DNA of 64,000 nt from Escherichia coli (GCF_003790525.1 NZ_CP033635.1); one strand, 5' to 3'. Numbered from the stretch's first letter, positions 1 through 13,002 are shown. Notes: generated by a model from the sequence alone, not told the origin. Numbers and translations: made by a program.

Positions 1-59
1 TCAGGCGATAAGGGTAACATTCGATGCCAGAACAGGCTATGGCTGGATGAGAAAACGGG

Positions 60-93
60 AAGAGGCCTCGCAAAACGAGGCCTCCGGGAGAGA
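60..93 (-). terminator. putative sdaB terminator hairpin (gaggcctcg / cgaggcctc)
   Basis: 9-bp inverted repeat with 5-nt loop immediately downstream of sdaB stop; weak U-run on minus strand. Confidence 0.35.
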
Positions 94-1461
94 TTAATCG
101 CAGGCAACGATCTTCATTGCCAGGCCACCGCGAGAGGTTTCGCGGTACTTGGCGTTCATATCTTTACCTGTTTCGTACATGGTCTCGATAACTTTATCGA
201 GGCAGACGCGCGGCTCGCTGGTACGGCGCAGCGCCATACGTGCAGCATTTACCGCTTTCACTGCCGCAATGGCGTTACGCTCGATGCATGGCACCTGGAC
301 CTGTCCAGCAACCGGGTCACACGTCAGACCGAGGTTGTGCTCCATGGCGATTTCCGCCGCGATGCACACCTGCGCCGGGCTTGCGCCTAACAGTTCTGCC
401 AGACCAGCCGCCGCCATTGAGCACGCCACGCCAACTTCACCCTGGCAACCCACTTCGGCACCAGAAATCGACGCGTTCATCTTATAAAGAGAACCAATGG
501 CGCTGGCTACCAGCAGGTAACGAGCCAGTGAGTTAGCGTTCACTTCGCGGATAAACTTATCGTAGTACGCCAGCACAGCTGGGATAATCCCGCACGCACC
601 GTTAGTCGGCGCAGTCACCACGCGACCGCCAGCAGCGTTCTCTTCGTTCACTGCCAGTGCAAACATGTTGATCCAGTCAACAACCGCCATCGGGTCAGTG
701 GTGGTTTTATCCTGGCTGACCAGCATCCGGCGTAGTGCCGCAGCACGGCGTGGAACGCGCAGTTTGCCAGGTAACACGCCTTCGGTAGAAATACCGCGCT
801 CAATACCGCCACGCATGACTTCCCAGACGTTCGCCAGGTGCTGTTCCAGCTCTTCTTTGCTGTGCAGCGCCAGCTCGTTTTTCATCATCAGGCCAGAGAG
901 TGACAGCCCGGTTTCCTGACAATGTTTTTGCAGATCGGCTGCTGAACTGTACGGATAAGGAACTTCAACCGGTGCGCTATCCTGCTGACCAAAATGTTCT
1001 TCATCAACAATAAAGCCACCGCCGATAGAGTAATAAGTCTGGCTGTAAACGACTTTATCGCCCGCCAGCGCGGTAATGCGCATACCGTTTTCATGCAGAG
1101 AAAGGTTGTCGGCATGGAAGTTCATGCACTGATCAACCGGGAACTCCACTTCATGCTGACCGTTTGCCAGCATCAGGCGACCATGAGTATTCACATCCTG
1201 AATAAAACCAGGGATGGAATCGATATCCACGGTATCCGGCAGGTTACCCGCCAGACCCATAATTATGGCGATATCAGTGTGGTGGCCTTTACCGGTCAGA
1301 GAGAGCGAGCCGTACACGTCAACCACCACGCGGGTCACGTCTTTAAGCAGGTCACGGGCAATCAGATCGTCGGTAAATTGTTTACCCGCTTTCATTGGTC
1401 CAACGGTATGAGAACTGGAAGGGCCAATGCCGATTTTGAAAATATCGAATACGCTAATCAT
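94..1461 (-). CDS. sdaB: L-serine dehydratase 2
   Basis: 455-aa ORF; translation MISVFDIFKIGIGPSSSHTVGPM is the characteristic Fe-S L-serine dehydratase N-terminus; sdaC immediately upstream. Confidence 0.9.
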   Translation of the reverse strand: MISVFDIFKIGIGPSSSHTVGPMKAGKQFTDDLIARDLLKDVTRVVVDVYGSLSLTGKGHHTDIAIIMGLAGNLPDTVDIDSIPGFIQDVNTHGRLMLANGQHEVEFPVDQCMNFHADNLSLHENGMRITALAGDKVVYSQTYYSIGGGFIVDEEHFGQQDSAPVEVPYPYSSAADLQKHCQETGLSLSGLMMKNELALHSKEELEQHLANVWEVMRGGIERGISTEGVLPGKLRVPRRAAALRRMLVSQDKTTTDPMAVVDWINMFALAVNEENAAGGRVVTAPTNGACGIIPAVLAYYDKFIREVNANSLARYLLVASAIGSLYKMNASISGAEVGCQGEVGVACSMAAAGLAELLGASPAQVCIAAEIAMEHNLGLTCDPVAGQVQVPCIERNAIAAVKAVNAARMALRRTSEPRVCLDKVIETMYETGKDMNAKYRETSRGGLAMKIVACD

Positions 1462-1518
1462 AGGAAATACATCGCGTTAAAACGGAGGAAGCGCCGCCCG
1501 AAAGCGGCGCGAAAGGAC

Positions 1519-2808
1519 TTAGCTGAACAGAGAGTAGAAGATTGCGGAGATTGCAATCAGACCCATCACGACAACGAATACGTTGCTGATGTGACCGCTG
1601 TACTTACGCATTGCCGGTACTTTCTGAATTGCGTACATCGGCATCAGGAACAGGATCATCGCGATGATTGGGCCGCCCAGGGTTTCAATCATACCCAGGA
1701 TGCTCGGGTTCAGGGTGGCAACAATCCAGGTCGTTACCAGCATGAACAGCGCAGTGATACGGTTCAGCTTGTTGATTTCGATAGACTTACCTTTACCACG
1801 CAGAGATTTAATCACCATACCGTTGAAGCCTTCACGTGCGCCCAGGTAGTGGCCGAGGAAGGATTTGGTGATAGCGATAATCGCGATAATCGGAGCCATC
1901 CACGCGATGATCGGCGCGTTAAAGTGGTTAGCCAGGTAAGACAGAATCGAGATGTTCTGCTCTTTAGCCGCAGCCAGGTCTGCCGGAGTCAGGCTCAGTA
2001 CGCAGCTGAAGACGAAGAACATTACGGTCAGCACCATCATGATGTGTGCGAATGCCAGGATCTTAGAGCATTTCTGTTCTGCCATATCGCCGTACTCTTC
2101 ACGCTTCGCAACGGCGAAAGAAGAGATGATCGGAGAGTGGTTGAACGAGAACACCATTACCGGAATTGCCAGCCACAGGGTCATCCACAGACCGTTTCCG
2201 GTTGCAGATGCAGTGTCCAGAGACAGTGTTTCCAGTGCTGCGCCGTTCCACTGCGGGATCAGGTACAGAGCCAGCAGCATCAGTACGCCAACAAACGGGA
2301 ATACCAGAATGCTCATCGCTTTAACGATCATCTGCTCACCGAAGCGAACGATGGTCATCATACCCACGATCAGGATCAGCGACAGAATCGCACGCGGCGG
2401 TGGTGTCATACCCAGCTGGTGAGACATGAAGCTTTCAACTGTATTGGTGATTGCCACGCTATAAACCAGCAGGATCGGGTAGATAGCGAAGAAGTAGAGC
2501 AGGGTAATCAGTTTACCTGCGCCAATACCAAAGTGTTCTTCTACAACCTCGGTGATGTCTTCGCCTGGGTTTTTACCAGACAGTACGAAGCGAGTCAGGC
2601 CGCGGTGAGCAAAAAATGTCATCGGGAACGCAAGGATAGCCATGATGATCAGCGGGATCATACCGCCAACACCGGCGTTGATTGGCAGGAACAGCACGCC
2701 CGCGCCGATTGCCGTGCCGTAAAGGCCCAGCATCCACATGGTGTCTGTCTTGCGCCAGGCACTACGAGAGTCTTTCGACGCAATCGTGCTGGTTTGAGTC
2801 GTTTCCAT
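1519..2808 (-). CDS. sdaC: serine:H+ symporter
   Basis: 429-aa polytopic membrane protein, HAAAP-family features, conserved position upstream of sdaB. Confidence 0.9.
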   Translation of the reverse strand: METTQTSTIASKDSRSAWRKTDTMWMLGLYGTAIGAGVLFLPINAGVGGMIPLIIMAILAFPMTFFAHRGLTRFVLSGKNPGEDITEVVEEHFGIGAGKLITLLYFFAIYPILLVYSVAITNTVESFMSHQLGMTPPPRAILSLILIVGMMTIVRFGEQMIVKAMSILVFPFVGVLMLLALYLIPQWNGAALETLSLDTASATGNGLWMTLWLAIPVMVFSFNHSPIISSFAVAKREEYGDMAEQKCSKILAFAHIMMVLTVMFFVFSCVLSLTPADLAAAKEQNISILSYLANHFNAPIIAWMAPIIAIIAITKSFLGHYLGAREGFNGMVIKSLRGKGKSIEINKLNRITALFMLVTTWIVATLNPSILGMIETLGGPIIAMILFLMPMYAIQKVPAMRKYSGHISNVFVVVMGLIAISAIFYSLFS

Positions 2809-3363
2809 CTATTTCTCCTGGAGGAATGCAAATAATTCAGCTTTTAGCCAGTTCAGCCCGGGAAGGTGCCTGACCGTAAAAATGAAATCTGTCTATCGGC
2901 GATGGCTTAATCATTTACCGCCGTAATAATTTGAGGGCGGAAAGATACACACAAGTTATGTATCTATCAGTGATCTTGATCCCAAATACAATAATCTACT
3001 TGGAAGATAGATTATCCCAACGCTTTACTCTGTAAATCAAAAGTAAAAGAGAATTTAAGGGCAATATTTGCCCATTAAACGACATCTGACTTCTTCCGGG
3101 GCGCGCAATATATGTAGGTTGAACTGAAAAAATCAATACTTTTAGTTAATCATGGCGATAATTTCTTTTTCATAGCGATAAAATGTGGTTTATGAAAATA
3201 GGGAAACGTTTGCGTTACAACATAAATTGTATGACATATTAACTATAATGATATTTATCGCGTGAGGGTGGTAAGAAACATTCATATAACAAATGAAATA
3301 AATTGATGGGTATGTGACCAAAAACGAGAAAACCCGGCAACAAACGTCACCGGGGGAGGGAGA

Positions 3364-4728
3364 TTACGTGCAGATTTCGTAGCAAGGGATGTAGGCTGAG
3401 CCTGGCAACTTCATACGATGCTGGGCAACAAAACCCTGTAGCAGGTCATCCATACGACGCATAATCTCTTTATCGCCGTTGATTTTATAAGGACCAAACT
3501 CTTCAATGGCGCGAATACCGACTTCTTTTACGTTACCCGCCACAATACCGGAGAACGCACGGCGCAGGTCGGCAGCCAGCACTTCAACGGGTTGATCCGG
3601 GTAAAGCTTCAGATTAGCCATATTCTCGTGAGACGGCTCAAACGGCATTTGCAAATCTGGCGCAATGCGCATTGACCAGTTAAAGCTGTAGGCATCGCCT
3701 GTGTCGCGGCGATTTTCTTTCACCAGCGGCATCGATTTTTTCATCTGACGAGCGACTTCAGCGGCGTCATCAATGATGATGCGGTAATGGCGGCGCGCGT
3801 TTTCACCCAACGTATGCACGACAAACTCGTCCAGTACGCGGAAGTAGTCGGCGCTCTCTTTCGGGCCGGTGAGGAGCAATGGTAAAACCTGATCTTTGTT
3901 GGCCGGGTTCATTAAAATTCCCAGCAAATACAGCAACTCTTCTGCCGTACCCACACCGCCAGGGAAGATAATGATACCGTGAGCGATACGGACAAACGCT
4001 TCCAGACGTTTTTCGATATCCGGCATGATGATCAATTCGTTGACCAGCGGGTTAGGCGGTTCAGCGGCGATAATCGATGGCTCTGTCATACCAATAAAAC
4101 GACTGTCTTTGTAACGCTGCTGTGCGTGTCCGACCGCAGCACCTTTCATTGGCGCTTCCATCGCTCCCGGACCACAGCCGGTGCAGATATTCAGCTCACG
4201 CAGGCCCAGCTGATTCCCGACGCGACGGGCATACAAATACTCGTTTTCGTTAATTGAGTGCCCGCCCCAGCAGACCACCATATTTGGCGCTTCACCAACA
4301 TGCAGCGCGCGAGCGTTACGCAAGATGGAAAAGACCAGGTTAGTGATGTGGACGGAGTTGTCGAGATTCAGGTTGGGAAAACGAACGGTGTTATGGATTT
4401 GCCCGTAAACGAAGAGAATGTCGCGCAGAACCGCGAACAAGTTGGCCTGCAAAGCGCGAATAATTCGCCCATCGACAAAAGCCTCTTCCGGGGGATTAAT
4501 CAGTTCCAGCTTTACGCCGCGTTCACGGCGCAGGACGTTAATATCGAAATTTTCAAAACGAGACAGCAATTCTTTGCTGTTATCGGTCAAACTACCGGAG
4601 TTCAGTACGGCAAGTGAACAGTTGCGAAACAGTTGATAGAGGTCGCTGCTGGCGGTGCGTTTAAGCATATCCACTTCCAGCTGCGACAACATATCCATGG
4701 AGCCAAGCGGGCTAATATGTGTAATCAA
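3364..4728 (-). CDS. ppnN: LOG-family nucleotide 5'-monophosphate nucleosidase (YgdH/PpnN)
   Basis: 454-aa ORF with PGGxGTxEE LOG motif ([12 protein letters not shown]); conserved synteny with sdaC and queF. Confidence 0.85.
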   Translation of the reverse strand: MITHISPLGSMDMLSQLEVDMLKRTASSDLYQLFRNCSLAVLNSGSLTDNSKELLSRFENFDINVLRRERGVKLELINPPEEAFVDGRIIRALQANLFAVLRDILFVYGQIHNTVRFPNLNLDNSVHITNLVFSILRNARALHVGEAPNMVVCWGGHSINENEYLYARRVGNQLGLRELNICTGCGPGAMEAPMKGAAVGHAQQRYKDSRFIGMTEPSIIAAEPPNPLVNELIIMPDIEKRLEAFVRIAHGIIIFPGGVGTAEELLYLLGILMNPANKDQVLPLLLTGPKESADYFRVLDEFVVHTLGENARRHYRIIIDDAAEVARQMKKSMPLVKENRRDTGDAYSFNWSMRIAPDLQMPFEPSHENMANLKLYPDQPVEVLAADLRRAFSGIVAGNVKEVGIRAIEEFGPYKINGDKEIMRRMDDLLQGFVAQHRMKLPGSAYIPCYEICT

Positions 4729-4839
4729 GAAAAACTCCTTATGGGACGAATATCGTCATTCCCTTTGATTACAATAGCCCTGCCTGATGACCTTTCACAA
4801 CCTTCTGCGTGAATCCAGCACGCAAAATTGAGAAAAAAT

Positions 4840-5688
4840 TTATTGCCGAACCAGTCTTGTGGTCGATGGGACAAAATCGCTATTACTGCGCCACGGGTTA
4901 ATGTCCAGACCGCCACGACGGGTATAACGTGCGTAAACGCTCAATTTCTCTGGCTGGCAGAAGCGTAACAGGTCATTAAAGATGCGTTCCACGCACTGTT
5001 CGTGGAACTCGTTGTGATGGCGGAAAGAGACCAGGTAACGCAGCAGTTTTTCTCTGTCAATTTGGCGTCCACGATACTGAATTTGGATCGATCCCCAATC
5101 TGGTTGATGGGTGATCAGGCAGTTTGATTTCAGCAGGTGGCTGACGAGCGTCTCTTCTACTACTTTTTCGCCACTGGTGGCATTCTCCAGATAGTCAGTA
5201 GTGAATTCATAGTTATCGATAGTGATATCCTGGTCATCAATGCAAGTGCCATTGAAATGACCTATCGGTTGGCCTTCCAGTTCATCAAGACGATATAACG
5301 CCACGCTAACCTTACCCTGAGCGCAAGTGCTTAAGTCGCGCTCCAGCGTCTGGCGCACCTCATCCCAGTTATTAAAACGCGTCTGGTTAAAACTGTTGAG
5401 ATAGAGCTTAAAACTCTTCGACTCAATCAGATTTGCGCTGGTGTAATCAAGTTCAACATGACCGACGGCGACCTGCGGCAAACCTTTCGCATTCAGCCAG
5501 GAAAGTTCATATAGCGTCCAGATATCCGTACCGTGAAAAGGCAGGTTATCCGCTTTCAGACCCAGCGGATCGCGATTCAGACTACGCGGAACGCCTTGCA
5601 GTAGGCTGGCGTCATAGGTATCCCGGTAATCGGTTGATTTTCCAAGAGTCAGGCCCGCAAGTGCCTGATGGTTTGCATAAGAAGACAT
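4840..5688 (-). CDS. queF: NADPH-dependent 7-cyano-7-deazaguanine (preQ0) reductase
   Basis: 282-aa ORF, two-domain QueF architecture, conserved synteny. Confidence 0.9.
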
Positions 5689-5755
5689 GTTTCACCGTCA
5701 TAAACCAGATAAACTAAACGACAAGTGTATCTGGTTTAAGTGAAGAGAGAAATTA

Positions 5756-6301
5756 GTGGACGATTTGACCGCACAAGCCCTGAAAGATTTTACTGCACGC
5801 TACTGCGATGCGTGGCATGAAGAGCATAAAAGCTGGCCGTTGAGTGAGGAACTGTACGGTGTTCCTTCACCGTGCATTATTTCAACTACCGAAGATGCCG
5901 TATACTGGCAACCCCAGCCGTTTACCGGGGAACAAAATGTAAACGCGGTTGAACGTGCTTTTGATATTGTGATACAACCCACAATTCATACCTTTTATAC
6001 GACTCAGTTTGCCGGGGATATGCACGCGCAGTTTGGCGATATCAAACTGACATTGCTGCAAACCTGGAGTGAAGACGACTTCCGTCGGGTGCAGGAAAAT
6101 CTGATTGGTCATCTGGTGACTCAGAAAAGGCTAAAACTGCCGCCCACGCTATTTATCGCGACGCTGGAAGAAGAGTTAGAGGTGATCTCGGTGTGTAATC
6201 TCTCCGGTGAAGTGTGCAAAGAGACGCTGGGAACACGTAAACGGACGCATTTAGCCTCAAATCTTGCGGAATTCCTTAATCAACTTAAGCCTCTTCTGTA
6301 A
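5756..6301 (+). CDS. syd: SecY-interacting protein Syd
   Basis: 181-aa ORF divergent from queF, matches K-12 Syd length and position. Confidence 0.85.
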
Positions 6302-6320
6302 TCCAAATACCCCATCTGGT

Positions 6321-6338
6321 TGTGAGAGATCTCTTACA
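6321..6338 (+). promoter_or_regulatory. 18-bp perfect palindrome TGTGAGAGATCTCTTACA upstream of csrB (UvrY response-regulator box)
   Basis: perfect palindrome about 180 bp upstream of csrB 5' end; matches the recalled UvrY binding site. Confidence 0.6.
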
Positions 6339-6520
6339 GACTCTGTAGGAGATCGCCAGGAAATAAGCGAATACTTAAAAAGATAAGAATCGTTATTTTC
6401 ATTTAAAATCAATATATTGCTTGTCAATTCTTAACTTTCATATGAAATTTTCCTTAAGGCATTGTCTGTAAGCGCCTTGTAAGACTTCGCGAAAAAGACG
6501 ATTCTATCTTCGTCGACAGG

Positions 6521-6877
6521 GAGTCAGACAACGAAGTGAACATCAGGATGATGACACTTCTGAAGGACACACCAGGATGGTGTTTCAGGGAAAGGCTTCT
6601 GGATGAAGCGAAGAGGATGACGCAGGACGCGTTAAAGGACACCTCCAGGATGGAGAATGAGAACCGGTCAGGATGATTCGGTGGGTCAGGAAGGCCAGGA
6701 ACACTTCAGGATGAAGTATCACATCGGGGTGGTGTGAGCAGGAAGCAATAGTTCAGGATGAACGATTGGTCGCAAGGCCAGAGGAAAAGTTGTCAAGGAT
6801 GAGCAGGGAGCAACAAAAGTAGCTGGAATGCTGCGAAACGAACCGGGAGCACTGTGAATACAGTGCTCCCTTTTTTT
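6521..6877 (+). ncRNA. csrB: CsrB regulatory RNA (CsrA-sequestering sRNA)
   Basis: about 360 nt with roughly 20 reiterated CAGGATG / AGGA(N) motifs on the plus strand, ending in a GC hairpin (gggagcactg...cagtgctccc) plus T7 run; non-coding (minus-strand ORFs here are spurious). Confidence 0.9.
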
Positions 6878-6922
6878 ATTCCTGCTATCCTTCGCGGCAG
6901 TTTTTCTTATTGAGGTTGCTTT

Positions 6923-7252
6923 ATGACCACTCATGACCGCGTTCGTTTCCAGTTGCAGGCGCTTGAAGCGTTACTGCGTGAACATCAGCACTGGCGAAAC
7001 GATGAACCCCAGCCGCATCAATTTAATAGTACCCAACCGTTCTTTATGGACACCATGGAACCACTGGAGTGGTTGCAGTGGGTGCTGATCCCGCGAATGC
7101 ACGATTTGTTAGAAAACAACCAGCCGTTACCGGGCGCTTTTGCCGTTGCTCCCTATTATGAAATGGCGCTGGCGACGGACCACCCGCAACGCGCGCTTAT
7201 TCTGGCTGAGCTGGAAAAACTGGATGCTCTTTTTGCGGATGATGCGAGCTAA
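6923..7252 (+). CDS. yqcC: DUF446 protein YqcC
   Basis: 109-aa ORF, stop overlaps truC start; conserved synteny. Confidence 0.8.
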   Translation: MTTHDRVRFQLQALEALLREHQHWRNDEPQPHQFNSTQPFFMDTMEPLEWLQWVLIPRMHDLLENNQPLPGAFAVAPYYEMALATDHPQRALILAELEKLDALFADDAS

Positions 7253-8034
7253 TGCTGGAAATACTCTATCAGGATGAATGGCTGGTTGCGGTAAATAAAC
7301 CCTCCGGCTGGCTGGTTCACCGCAGCTGGCTGGATCGCGACGAGAAAGTAGTGGTCATGCAAACCGTGCGTGACCAGATAGGCCAGCATGTGTTTACTGC
7401 TCATCGTCTGGACCGACCCACTTCTGGTGTGTTGTTGATGGGATTATCCAGCGAGGCCGGACGGCTGCTGGCACAACAGTTTGAACAGCACCAAATCCAG
7501 AAACGTTACCATGCGATTGTGCGCGGCTGGTTGATGGAAGAAGCGGTGCTGGATTATCCACTGGTGGAAGAACTGGACAAAATCGCTGATAAATTTGCCC
7601 GCGAAGATAAAGGCCCGCAGCCAGCAGTGACGCATTATCGCGGTCTGGCGACCGTAGAAATGCCGGTAGCGACCGGACGTTACCCGACCACGCGCTACGG
7701 CCTGGTGGAACTGGAGCCGAAAACCGGACGTAAGCACCAGCTCCGTCGCCATCTTGCCCATTTGCGCCACCCGATTATTGGCGACAGCAAACATGGTGAT
7801 TTACGCCAGAATCGCAGCGGTGCTGAACATTTTGGCCTTCAGCGGTTAATGCTGCATGCCAGTCAGTTGTCATTGACGCATCCTTTTACTGGCGAGCCGC
7901 TGACTATTCACGCGGGCCTGGACGACACCTGGATGCAGGCGTTATCACAATTTGGCTGGCGGGGTCTGCTTCCTGAAAATGAAAGGGTTGAGTTCAGTGC
8001 GCCATCGGGTCAGGATGGAGAGATAAGTTCCTAA
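7252..8034 (+). CDS. truC: tRNA pseudouridine(65) synthase
   Basis: 260-aa ORF with RluA-family HRLDRPTSG catalytic motif. Confidence 0.9.
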   Translation: MLEILYQDEWLVAVNKPSGWLVHRSWLDRDEKVVVMQTVRDQIGQHVFTAHRLDRPTSGVLLMGLSSEAGRLLAQQFEQHQIQKRYHAIVRGWLMEEAVLDYPLVEELDKIADKFAREDKGPQPAVTHYRGLATVEMPVATGRYPTTRYGLVELEPKTGRKHQLRRHLAHLRHPIIGDSKHGDLRQNRSGAEHFGLQRLMLHASQLSLTHPFTGEPLTIHAGLDDTWMQALSQFGWRGLLPENERVEFSAPSGQDGEISS

Positions 8035-8051
8035 TCCAGGGAGAAAACGGT

Positions 8052-8501
8052 ATGGCGGAAATTGGTATTTTTGTCGGCACTATGTACGGAAATTCGCTGT
8101 TAGTGGCGGAAGAAGCGGAAGCAATTCTGACCGCGCAGGGCCACAAAGCAACGGTATTTGAAGATCCTGAATTAAGCGACTGGCTGCCCTATCAGGATAA
8201 GTATGTTCTGGTGGTTACGTCCACGACCGGGCAGGGCGACCTTCCTGATTGCATTGTGCCGCTCTTTCAGGGAATTAAAGATACCCTGGGCTTCCAGCCG
8301 AATCTGCGTTATGGCGTGATTGCGCTCGGCGACAGTAGTTATGTGAATTTCTGCAATGGCGGCAAACAGTTCGATACCTTGTTGCAGGAACAGAGCGCTC
8401 AGCGAGTGGGAGAAATGCTGTTGATTGACGCCAGTGAGAACCCGGAACCGGAAACGGAATCAAATCCGTGGGTCGAACATTGGGGCACGCTGTTGTCCTG
8501 A
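8052..8501 (+). CDS. yqcA: flavodoxin-like protein YqcA
   Basis: 149-aa ORF with flavodoxin fold signature (TSTTGQGD). Confidence 0.85.
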   Translation: MAEIGIFVGTMYGNSLLVAEEAEAILTAQGHKATVFEDPELSDWLPYQDKYVLVVTSTTGQGDLPDCIVPLFQGIKDTLGFQPNLRYGVIALGDSSYVNFCNGGKQFDTLLQEQSAQRVGEMLLIDASENPEPETESNPWVEHWGTLLS

Positions 8502-8553
8502 TACGTTCAGCGAGCGGTAAATGCCGTTTTAGCAGTGCTGAATCGAATCTTTT

Positions 8554-8610
8554 CAGGCAAATGCCAGTAAAAACTGCTTCATAGCGCGGATTTTTACTGG
8601 CGTTTGCCTG
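8554..8610. repeat. long inverted repeat / hairpin (20-bp arms, 1 mismatch) downstream of yqcA
   Basis: caggcaaatgccagtaaaaa ... tttttactggcgtttgcctg; no flanking U-run on either strand. Confidence 0.5.
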
Positions 8611-8935
8611 GAGTCAAGCGATCCATTTCATACTCTTCTTTATTTCTTCGATTTAACCCTTCCTTTCTTGTTTTTGTTTTCATTTCCGTGAAGTGGATTC
8701 CACCGTCCAGGGCTAATGCCAAAATCGGGCCTCATTGAACGCATTAATGTTGTGTTGTTGCACGGTGAGCCGCTATGGCGCGCTTTTTATACTGCTATTG
8801 CCAGATATAAACACGCGCCGTATTCGGCGAACGACCTATAAAAACGGCAAAAAACACCCTACGTCACCTCTGATTTCCTGGCGATGTCGCAGTCCAGAGT
8901 GAGCGTGGCTAACGCGAATTTTCAGGAGTGCAACA

Positions 8936-10288
8936 ATGAGTTCTTTAAGTCAGGCTGCGAGCAGTGTGGAAAAACGCACGAATGCTCGTTACTGGATAGT
9001 GGTGATGTTGTTTATCGTCACATCCTTCAACTACGGCGACCGCGCTACGCTCTCTATCGCCGGTTCGGAAATGGCCAAAGATATCGGCCTTGATCCTGTG
9101 GGAATGGGCTATGTGTTCTCTGCTTTCTCATGGGCTTATGTTATCGGGCAGATCCCTGGTGGTTGGTTGCTGGATCGTTTTGGTTCAAAACGCGTCTACT
9201 TCTGGTCGATCTTTATCTGGTCGATGTTTACCTTGCTGCAAGGCTTCGTCGATATCTTTAGTGGATTCGGCATTATCGTTGCCCTGTTTACGCTGCGCTT
9301 CCTGGTCGGGCTTGCTGAAGCGCCCTCTTTCCCCGGCAACAGTCGCATTGTTGCGGCCTGGTTTCCGGCGCAGGAAAGGGGAACGGCGGTGTCGATTTTT
9401 AACTCCGCTCAATACTTCGCAACGGTGATCTTCGCGCCGATTATGGGCTGGCTGACGCATGAAGTGGGCTGGTCACACGTCTTTTTCTTTATGGGCGGTC
9501 TGGGCATTGTCATCAGCTTTATCTGGTTGAAAGTCATCCACGAGCCAAATCAACATCCGGGTGTAAATCAGAAAGAGCTGGAGTACATCGCCGCGGGTGG
9601 CGCGCTGATCAATATGGATCAGCAAAACACCAAAGTTAAAGTGCCGTTCAGCGTGAAGTGGGGGCAGATCAAACAGCTGCTCGGGTCACGGATGATGATC
9701 GGCGTTTATATCGGTCAGTACTGTATCAACGCCCTGACTTACTTCTTTATTACCTGGTTCCCGGTTTATCTGGTGCAGGCGCGTGGGATGTCGATTCTGA
9801 AAGCGGGCTTTGTGGCTTCCGTTCCGGCGGTTTGCGGTTTTATCGGCGGTGTGCTGGGTGGGATTATTTCCGACTGGCTGATGCGCCGCACGGGATCGCT
9901 GAACATTGCGCGTAAAACACCGATCGTAATGGGCATGTTGCTGTCGATGGTGATGGTGTTCTGCAACTACGTCAACGTTGAGTGGATGATCATCGGCTTT
10001 ATGGCGCTGGCCTTCTTCGGTAAGGGCATCGGGGCGCTGGGTTGGGCAGTAATGGCAGATACCGCGCCAAAAGAGATCAGCGGTCTTTCCGGTGGCCTGT
10101 TCAACATGTTCGGTAACATTTCTGGCATCGTCACGCCAATCGCAATTGGTTATATCGTTGGCACGACTGGCTCCTTTAATGGGGCGCTGATTTATGTTGG
10201 TGTTCATGCCTTAATCGCGGTACTGAGCTACCTGGTGTTGGTGGGCGATATCAAGCGTATCGAGTTGAAACCTGTTGCGGGGCAATAA
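8936..10288 (+). CDS. gudP: D-glucarate/D-galactarate MFS transporter
   Basis: 450-aa 12-TM MFS protein heading the gudPXD operon. Confidence 0.9.
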   Translation: MSSLSQAASSVEKRTNARYWIVVMLFIVTSFNYGDRATLSIAGSEMAKDIGLDPVGMGYVFSAFSWAYVIGQIPGGWLLDRFGSKRVYFWSIFIWSMFTLLQGFVDIFSGFGIIVALFTLRFLVGLAEAPSFPGNSRIVAAWFPAQERGTAVSIFNSAQYFATVIFAPIMGWLTHEVGWSHVFFFMGGLGIVISFIWLKVIHEPNQHPGVNQKELEYIAAGGALINMDQQNTKVKVPFSVKWGQIKQLLGSRMMIGVYIGQYCINALTYFFITWFPVYLVQARGMSILKAGFVASVPAVCGFIGGVLGGIISDWLMRRTGSLNIARKTPIVMGMLLSMVMVFCNYVNVEWMIIGFMALAFFGKGIGALGWAVMADTAPKEISGLSGGLFNMFGNISGIVTPIAIGYIVGTTGSFNGALIYVGVHALIAVLSYLVLVGDIKRIELKPVAGQ

Positions 10289-10289
10289 G

Positions 10290-11630
10290 ATGGCGACACA
10301 ATCCAGTCCTGTTATTACTGATATGAAAGTCATTCCGGTGGCCGGGCATGACAGCATGTTGCTTAATATTGGTGGTGCACATAACGCATATTTCACCCGC
10401 AATATTGTGGTACTCACCGATAACGCCGGGCATACCGGCATTGGTGAAGCGCCGGGCGGAGAGGTGATTTATCAGACACTGGTCGAGGCTATTCCGATGG
10501 TGCTGGGCCAGGAAGTTGCGCGCCTGAATAAAGTGGTTCAGCAGGTGCATAAAGGTAATCAGGCAGCCGATTTTGATACCTTCGGCAAAGGTGCCTGGAC
10601 TTTTGAATTGCGCGTTAATGCCGTGGCGGCGCTGGAAGCCGCCTTGCTTGACCTGCTAGGTAAGGCGCTGAATGTTCCGGTCTGCGAACTGTTAGGGCCA
10701 GGCAAGCAACGTGATGCTATTACCGTTCTCGGTTATCTGTTTTATATCGGTGATCGGACCAAAACCGATCTTCCTTATCTGGAAAATACTCCGGGCAACC
10801 ATGAGTGGTATCAATTGCGGCATCAGAAAGCGATGAACAGCGAAGCCGTTGTGCGTCTGGCGGACGCCTCACAGGATCGCTATGGCTTTAAAGATTTCAA
10901 ACTTAAGGGCGGAGTGTTACCTGGCGAGCAAGAAATCGACACTGTTCGTGCATTGAAGAAACGCTTCCCGGATGCGCGGATTACCGTTGATCCCAACGGA
11001 GCATGGCTGCTTGATGAAGCTATTTCTCTGTGCAAAGGGCTGAATGATGTTCTCACCTATGCCGAAGATCCGTGTGGCGCAGAACAGGGTTTCTCCGGAC
11101 GTGAAGTGATGGCGGAATTTCGGCGGGCGACCGGCTTGCCCGTCGCGACTAATATGATCGCCACCAACTGGCGCGAAATGGGCCATGCGGTGATGCTCAA
11201 TGCGGTAGATATTCCACTTGCCGACCCGCACTTCTGGACGCTTTCCGGTGCAGTCCGCGTAGCGCAGCTTTGCGACGACTGGGGGCTGACCTGGGGCTGC
11301 CATTCCAATAACCACTTTGATATCTCTCTGGCGATGTTTACCCATGTGGGCGCGGCGGCACCGGGTAATCCTACCGCTATCGATACCCACTGGATTTGGC
11401 AGGAGGGCGATTGTCGCCTGACCAAAAATCCGCTGGAGATTAAAAATGGAAAAATTGCCGTTCCTGATGCGCCCGGTCTGGGCGTGGAACTGAACTGGGA
11501 GCAGGTACAAAAGGCGCATGAGGCCTATAAACGTCTGCCTGGCGGTGCGCGTAACGACGCGGGCCCGATGCAGTACCTGATCCCCGGCTGGACCTTTGAC
11601 CGTAAACGTCCCGTTTTCGGCCGTCATTGA
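10290..11630 (+). CDS. gudX: glucarate dehydratase-related protein
   Basis: 446-aa enolase-superfamily paralogue of gudD; ATG at 10290 right after gudP stop (ORF track start 10275 likely an extension). Confidence 0.85.
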   Translation: MATQSSPVITDMKVIPVAGHDSMLLNIGGAHNAYFTRNIVVLTDNAGHTGIGEAPGGEVIYQTLVEAIPMVLGQEVARLNKVVQQVHKGNQAADFDTFGKGAWTFELRVNAVAALEAALLDLLGKALNVPVCELLGPGKQRDAITVLGYLFYIGDRTKTDLPYLENTPGNHEWYQLRHQKAMNSEAVVRLADASQDRYGFKDFKLKGGVLPGEQEIDTVRALKKRFPDARITVDPNGAWLLDEAISLCKGLNDVLTYAEDPCGAEQGFSGREVMAEFRRATGLPVATNMIATNWREMGHAVMLNAVDIPLADPHFWTLSGAVRVAQLCDDWGLTWGCHSNNHFDISLAMFTHVGAAAPGNPTAIDTHWIWQEGDCRLTKNPLEIKNGKIAVPDAPGLGVELNWEQVQKAHEAYKRLPGGARNDAGPMQYLIPGWTFDRKRPVFGRH

Positions 11631-11650
11631 TTTTGAAAAAGGACATAAAG

Positions 11651-12991
11651 ATGAGTTCTCAATTTTCGACGCCTGTTGTTACTGAAATGCAGGTCATCCC
11701 GGTGGCGGGCCATGACAGTATGCTGATGAATCTGAGTGGTGCACACGCACCGTTCTTCACGCGTAATATTGTGATTATCAAAGATAATTCTGGTCACACT
11801 GGGGTAGGGGAAATTCCCGGCGGCGAGAAAATCCGTAAAACGCTGGAAGATGCGATTCCGCTGGTGGTGGGTAAAACGCTGGGTGAATACAAAAACGTTC
11901 TGACGCTGGTGCGTAATACATTTGCCGATCGTGATGCCGGCGGGCGCGGTTTGCAGACATTTGACCTGCGGACCACTATTCATGTGGTTACCGGGATAGA
12001 AGCGGCAATGCTGGATCTGCTGGGGCAGCATCTGGGGGTTAACGTGGCATCGCTGCTGGGCGATGGTCAACAGCGTAGCGAAGTCGAAATGCTCGGTTAT
12101 CTGTTCTTCGTCGGTAATCGCAAAGCCACACCGCTGCCGTATCAAAGCCAGCCGGATGATCAATGTGACTGGTATCGCCTGCGTCACGAAGAAGCGATGA
12201 CGCCGGATGCGGTGGTGCGCCTGGCGGAAGCGGCATATGAAAAATATGGCTTCAACGATTTCAAACTGAAGGGCGGTGTACTGGCCGGGGAAGAAGAAGC
12301 AGAGTCTATTGTGGCACTGGCGCAACGCTTCCCACAGGCGCGTATTACCCTCGATCCTAACGGTGCCTGGTCGCTGAACGAAGCGATTAAAATTGGTACA
12401 TACCTGAAAGGTTCGCTGGCTTATGCAGAAGATCCGTGTGGTGCGGAGCAAGGTTTCTCCGGGCGTGAAGTGATGGCAGAGTTCCGTCGCGCGACTGGCC
12501 TGCCGACCGCAACCAATATGATCGCCACCGACTGGCGGCAGATGGGCCATACGCTCTCCCTGCAATCCGTTGATATCCCGCTGGCGGATCCGCATTTCTG
12601 GACGATGCAAGGTTCGGTACGTGTGGCGCAAATGTGCCATGAATTTGGCCTGACCTGGGGTTCACACTCTAACAACCACTTCGATATTTCTCTGGCGATG
12701 TTTACCCATGTAGCCGCTGCTGCACCGGGTAAAATTACTGCTATTGATACGCACTGGATCTGGCAGGAAGGCAATCAGCGTCTGACCAAAGAACCGTTTG
12801 AGATCAAAGGCGGGCTGGTACAGGTGCCGCAAAAACCAGGATTGGGCGTAGAAATCGATATGGATCAGGTGATGAAAGCCCACGAGCTGTATCAGAAACA
12901 TGGGCTTGGTGCGCGTGACGATGCGATGGGAATGCAGTACCTGATTCCTGGCTGGACGTTTGATAACAAGCGCCCGTGCATGGTGCGTTAA
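11651..12991 (+). CDS. gudD: D-glucarate dehydratase
   Basis: 446-aa enolase-superfamily ORF; ATG at 11651 with AAGGA RBS (track start 11627 is an extension). Confidence 0.9.
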   Translation: MSSQFSTPVVTEMQVIPVAGHDSMLMNLSGAHAPFFTRNIVIIKDNSGHTGVGEIPGGEKIRKTLEDAIPLVVGKTLGEYKNVLTLVRNTFADRDAGGRGLQTFDLRTTIHVVTGIEAAMLDLLGQHLGVNVASLLGDGQQRSEVEMLGYLFFVGNRKATPLPYQSQPDDQCDWYRLRHEEAMTPDAVVRLAEAAYEKYGFNDFKLKGGVLAGEEEAESIVALAQRFPQARITLDPNGAWSLNEAIKIGTYLKGSLAYAEDPCGAEQGFSGREVMAEFRRATGLPTATNMIATDWRQMGHTLSLQSVDIPLADPHFWTMQGSVRVAQMCHEFGLTWGSHSNNHFDISLAMFTHVAAAAPGKITAIDTHWIWQEGNQRLTKEPFEIKGGLVQVPQKPGLGVEIDMDQVMKAHELYQKHGLGARDDAMGMQYLIPGWTFDNKRPCMVR

Positions 12992-13002
12992 GACTGAAAA
13001 CA

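Noticed and set aside
1-93. Possible start of a minus-strand gene (xni in K-12 order) at the window edge
   Set aside because: Too little sequence in the window to support a start codon or reading frame
994-2835. 613-aa plus-strand ORF spanning sdaB and sdaC
   Set aside because: Antisense to two well-supported genes; His/Arg/Gln-rich low-complexity translation typical of a reverse frame; no RBS
6454-6934. Two small minus-strand ORFs (62 and 71 aa) between syd and yqcC
   Set aside because: They lie on the opposite strand of csrB, whose GGA-repeat structure and terminator explain the region; csrB is non-coding
10917-12640. Minus-strand ORFs of 236 and 338 aa across gudX and gudD
   Set aside because: Antisense shadow ORFs; the plus-strand enolase-superfamily genes explain the region
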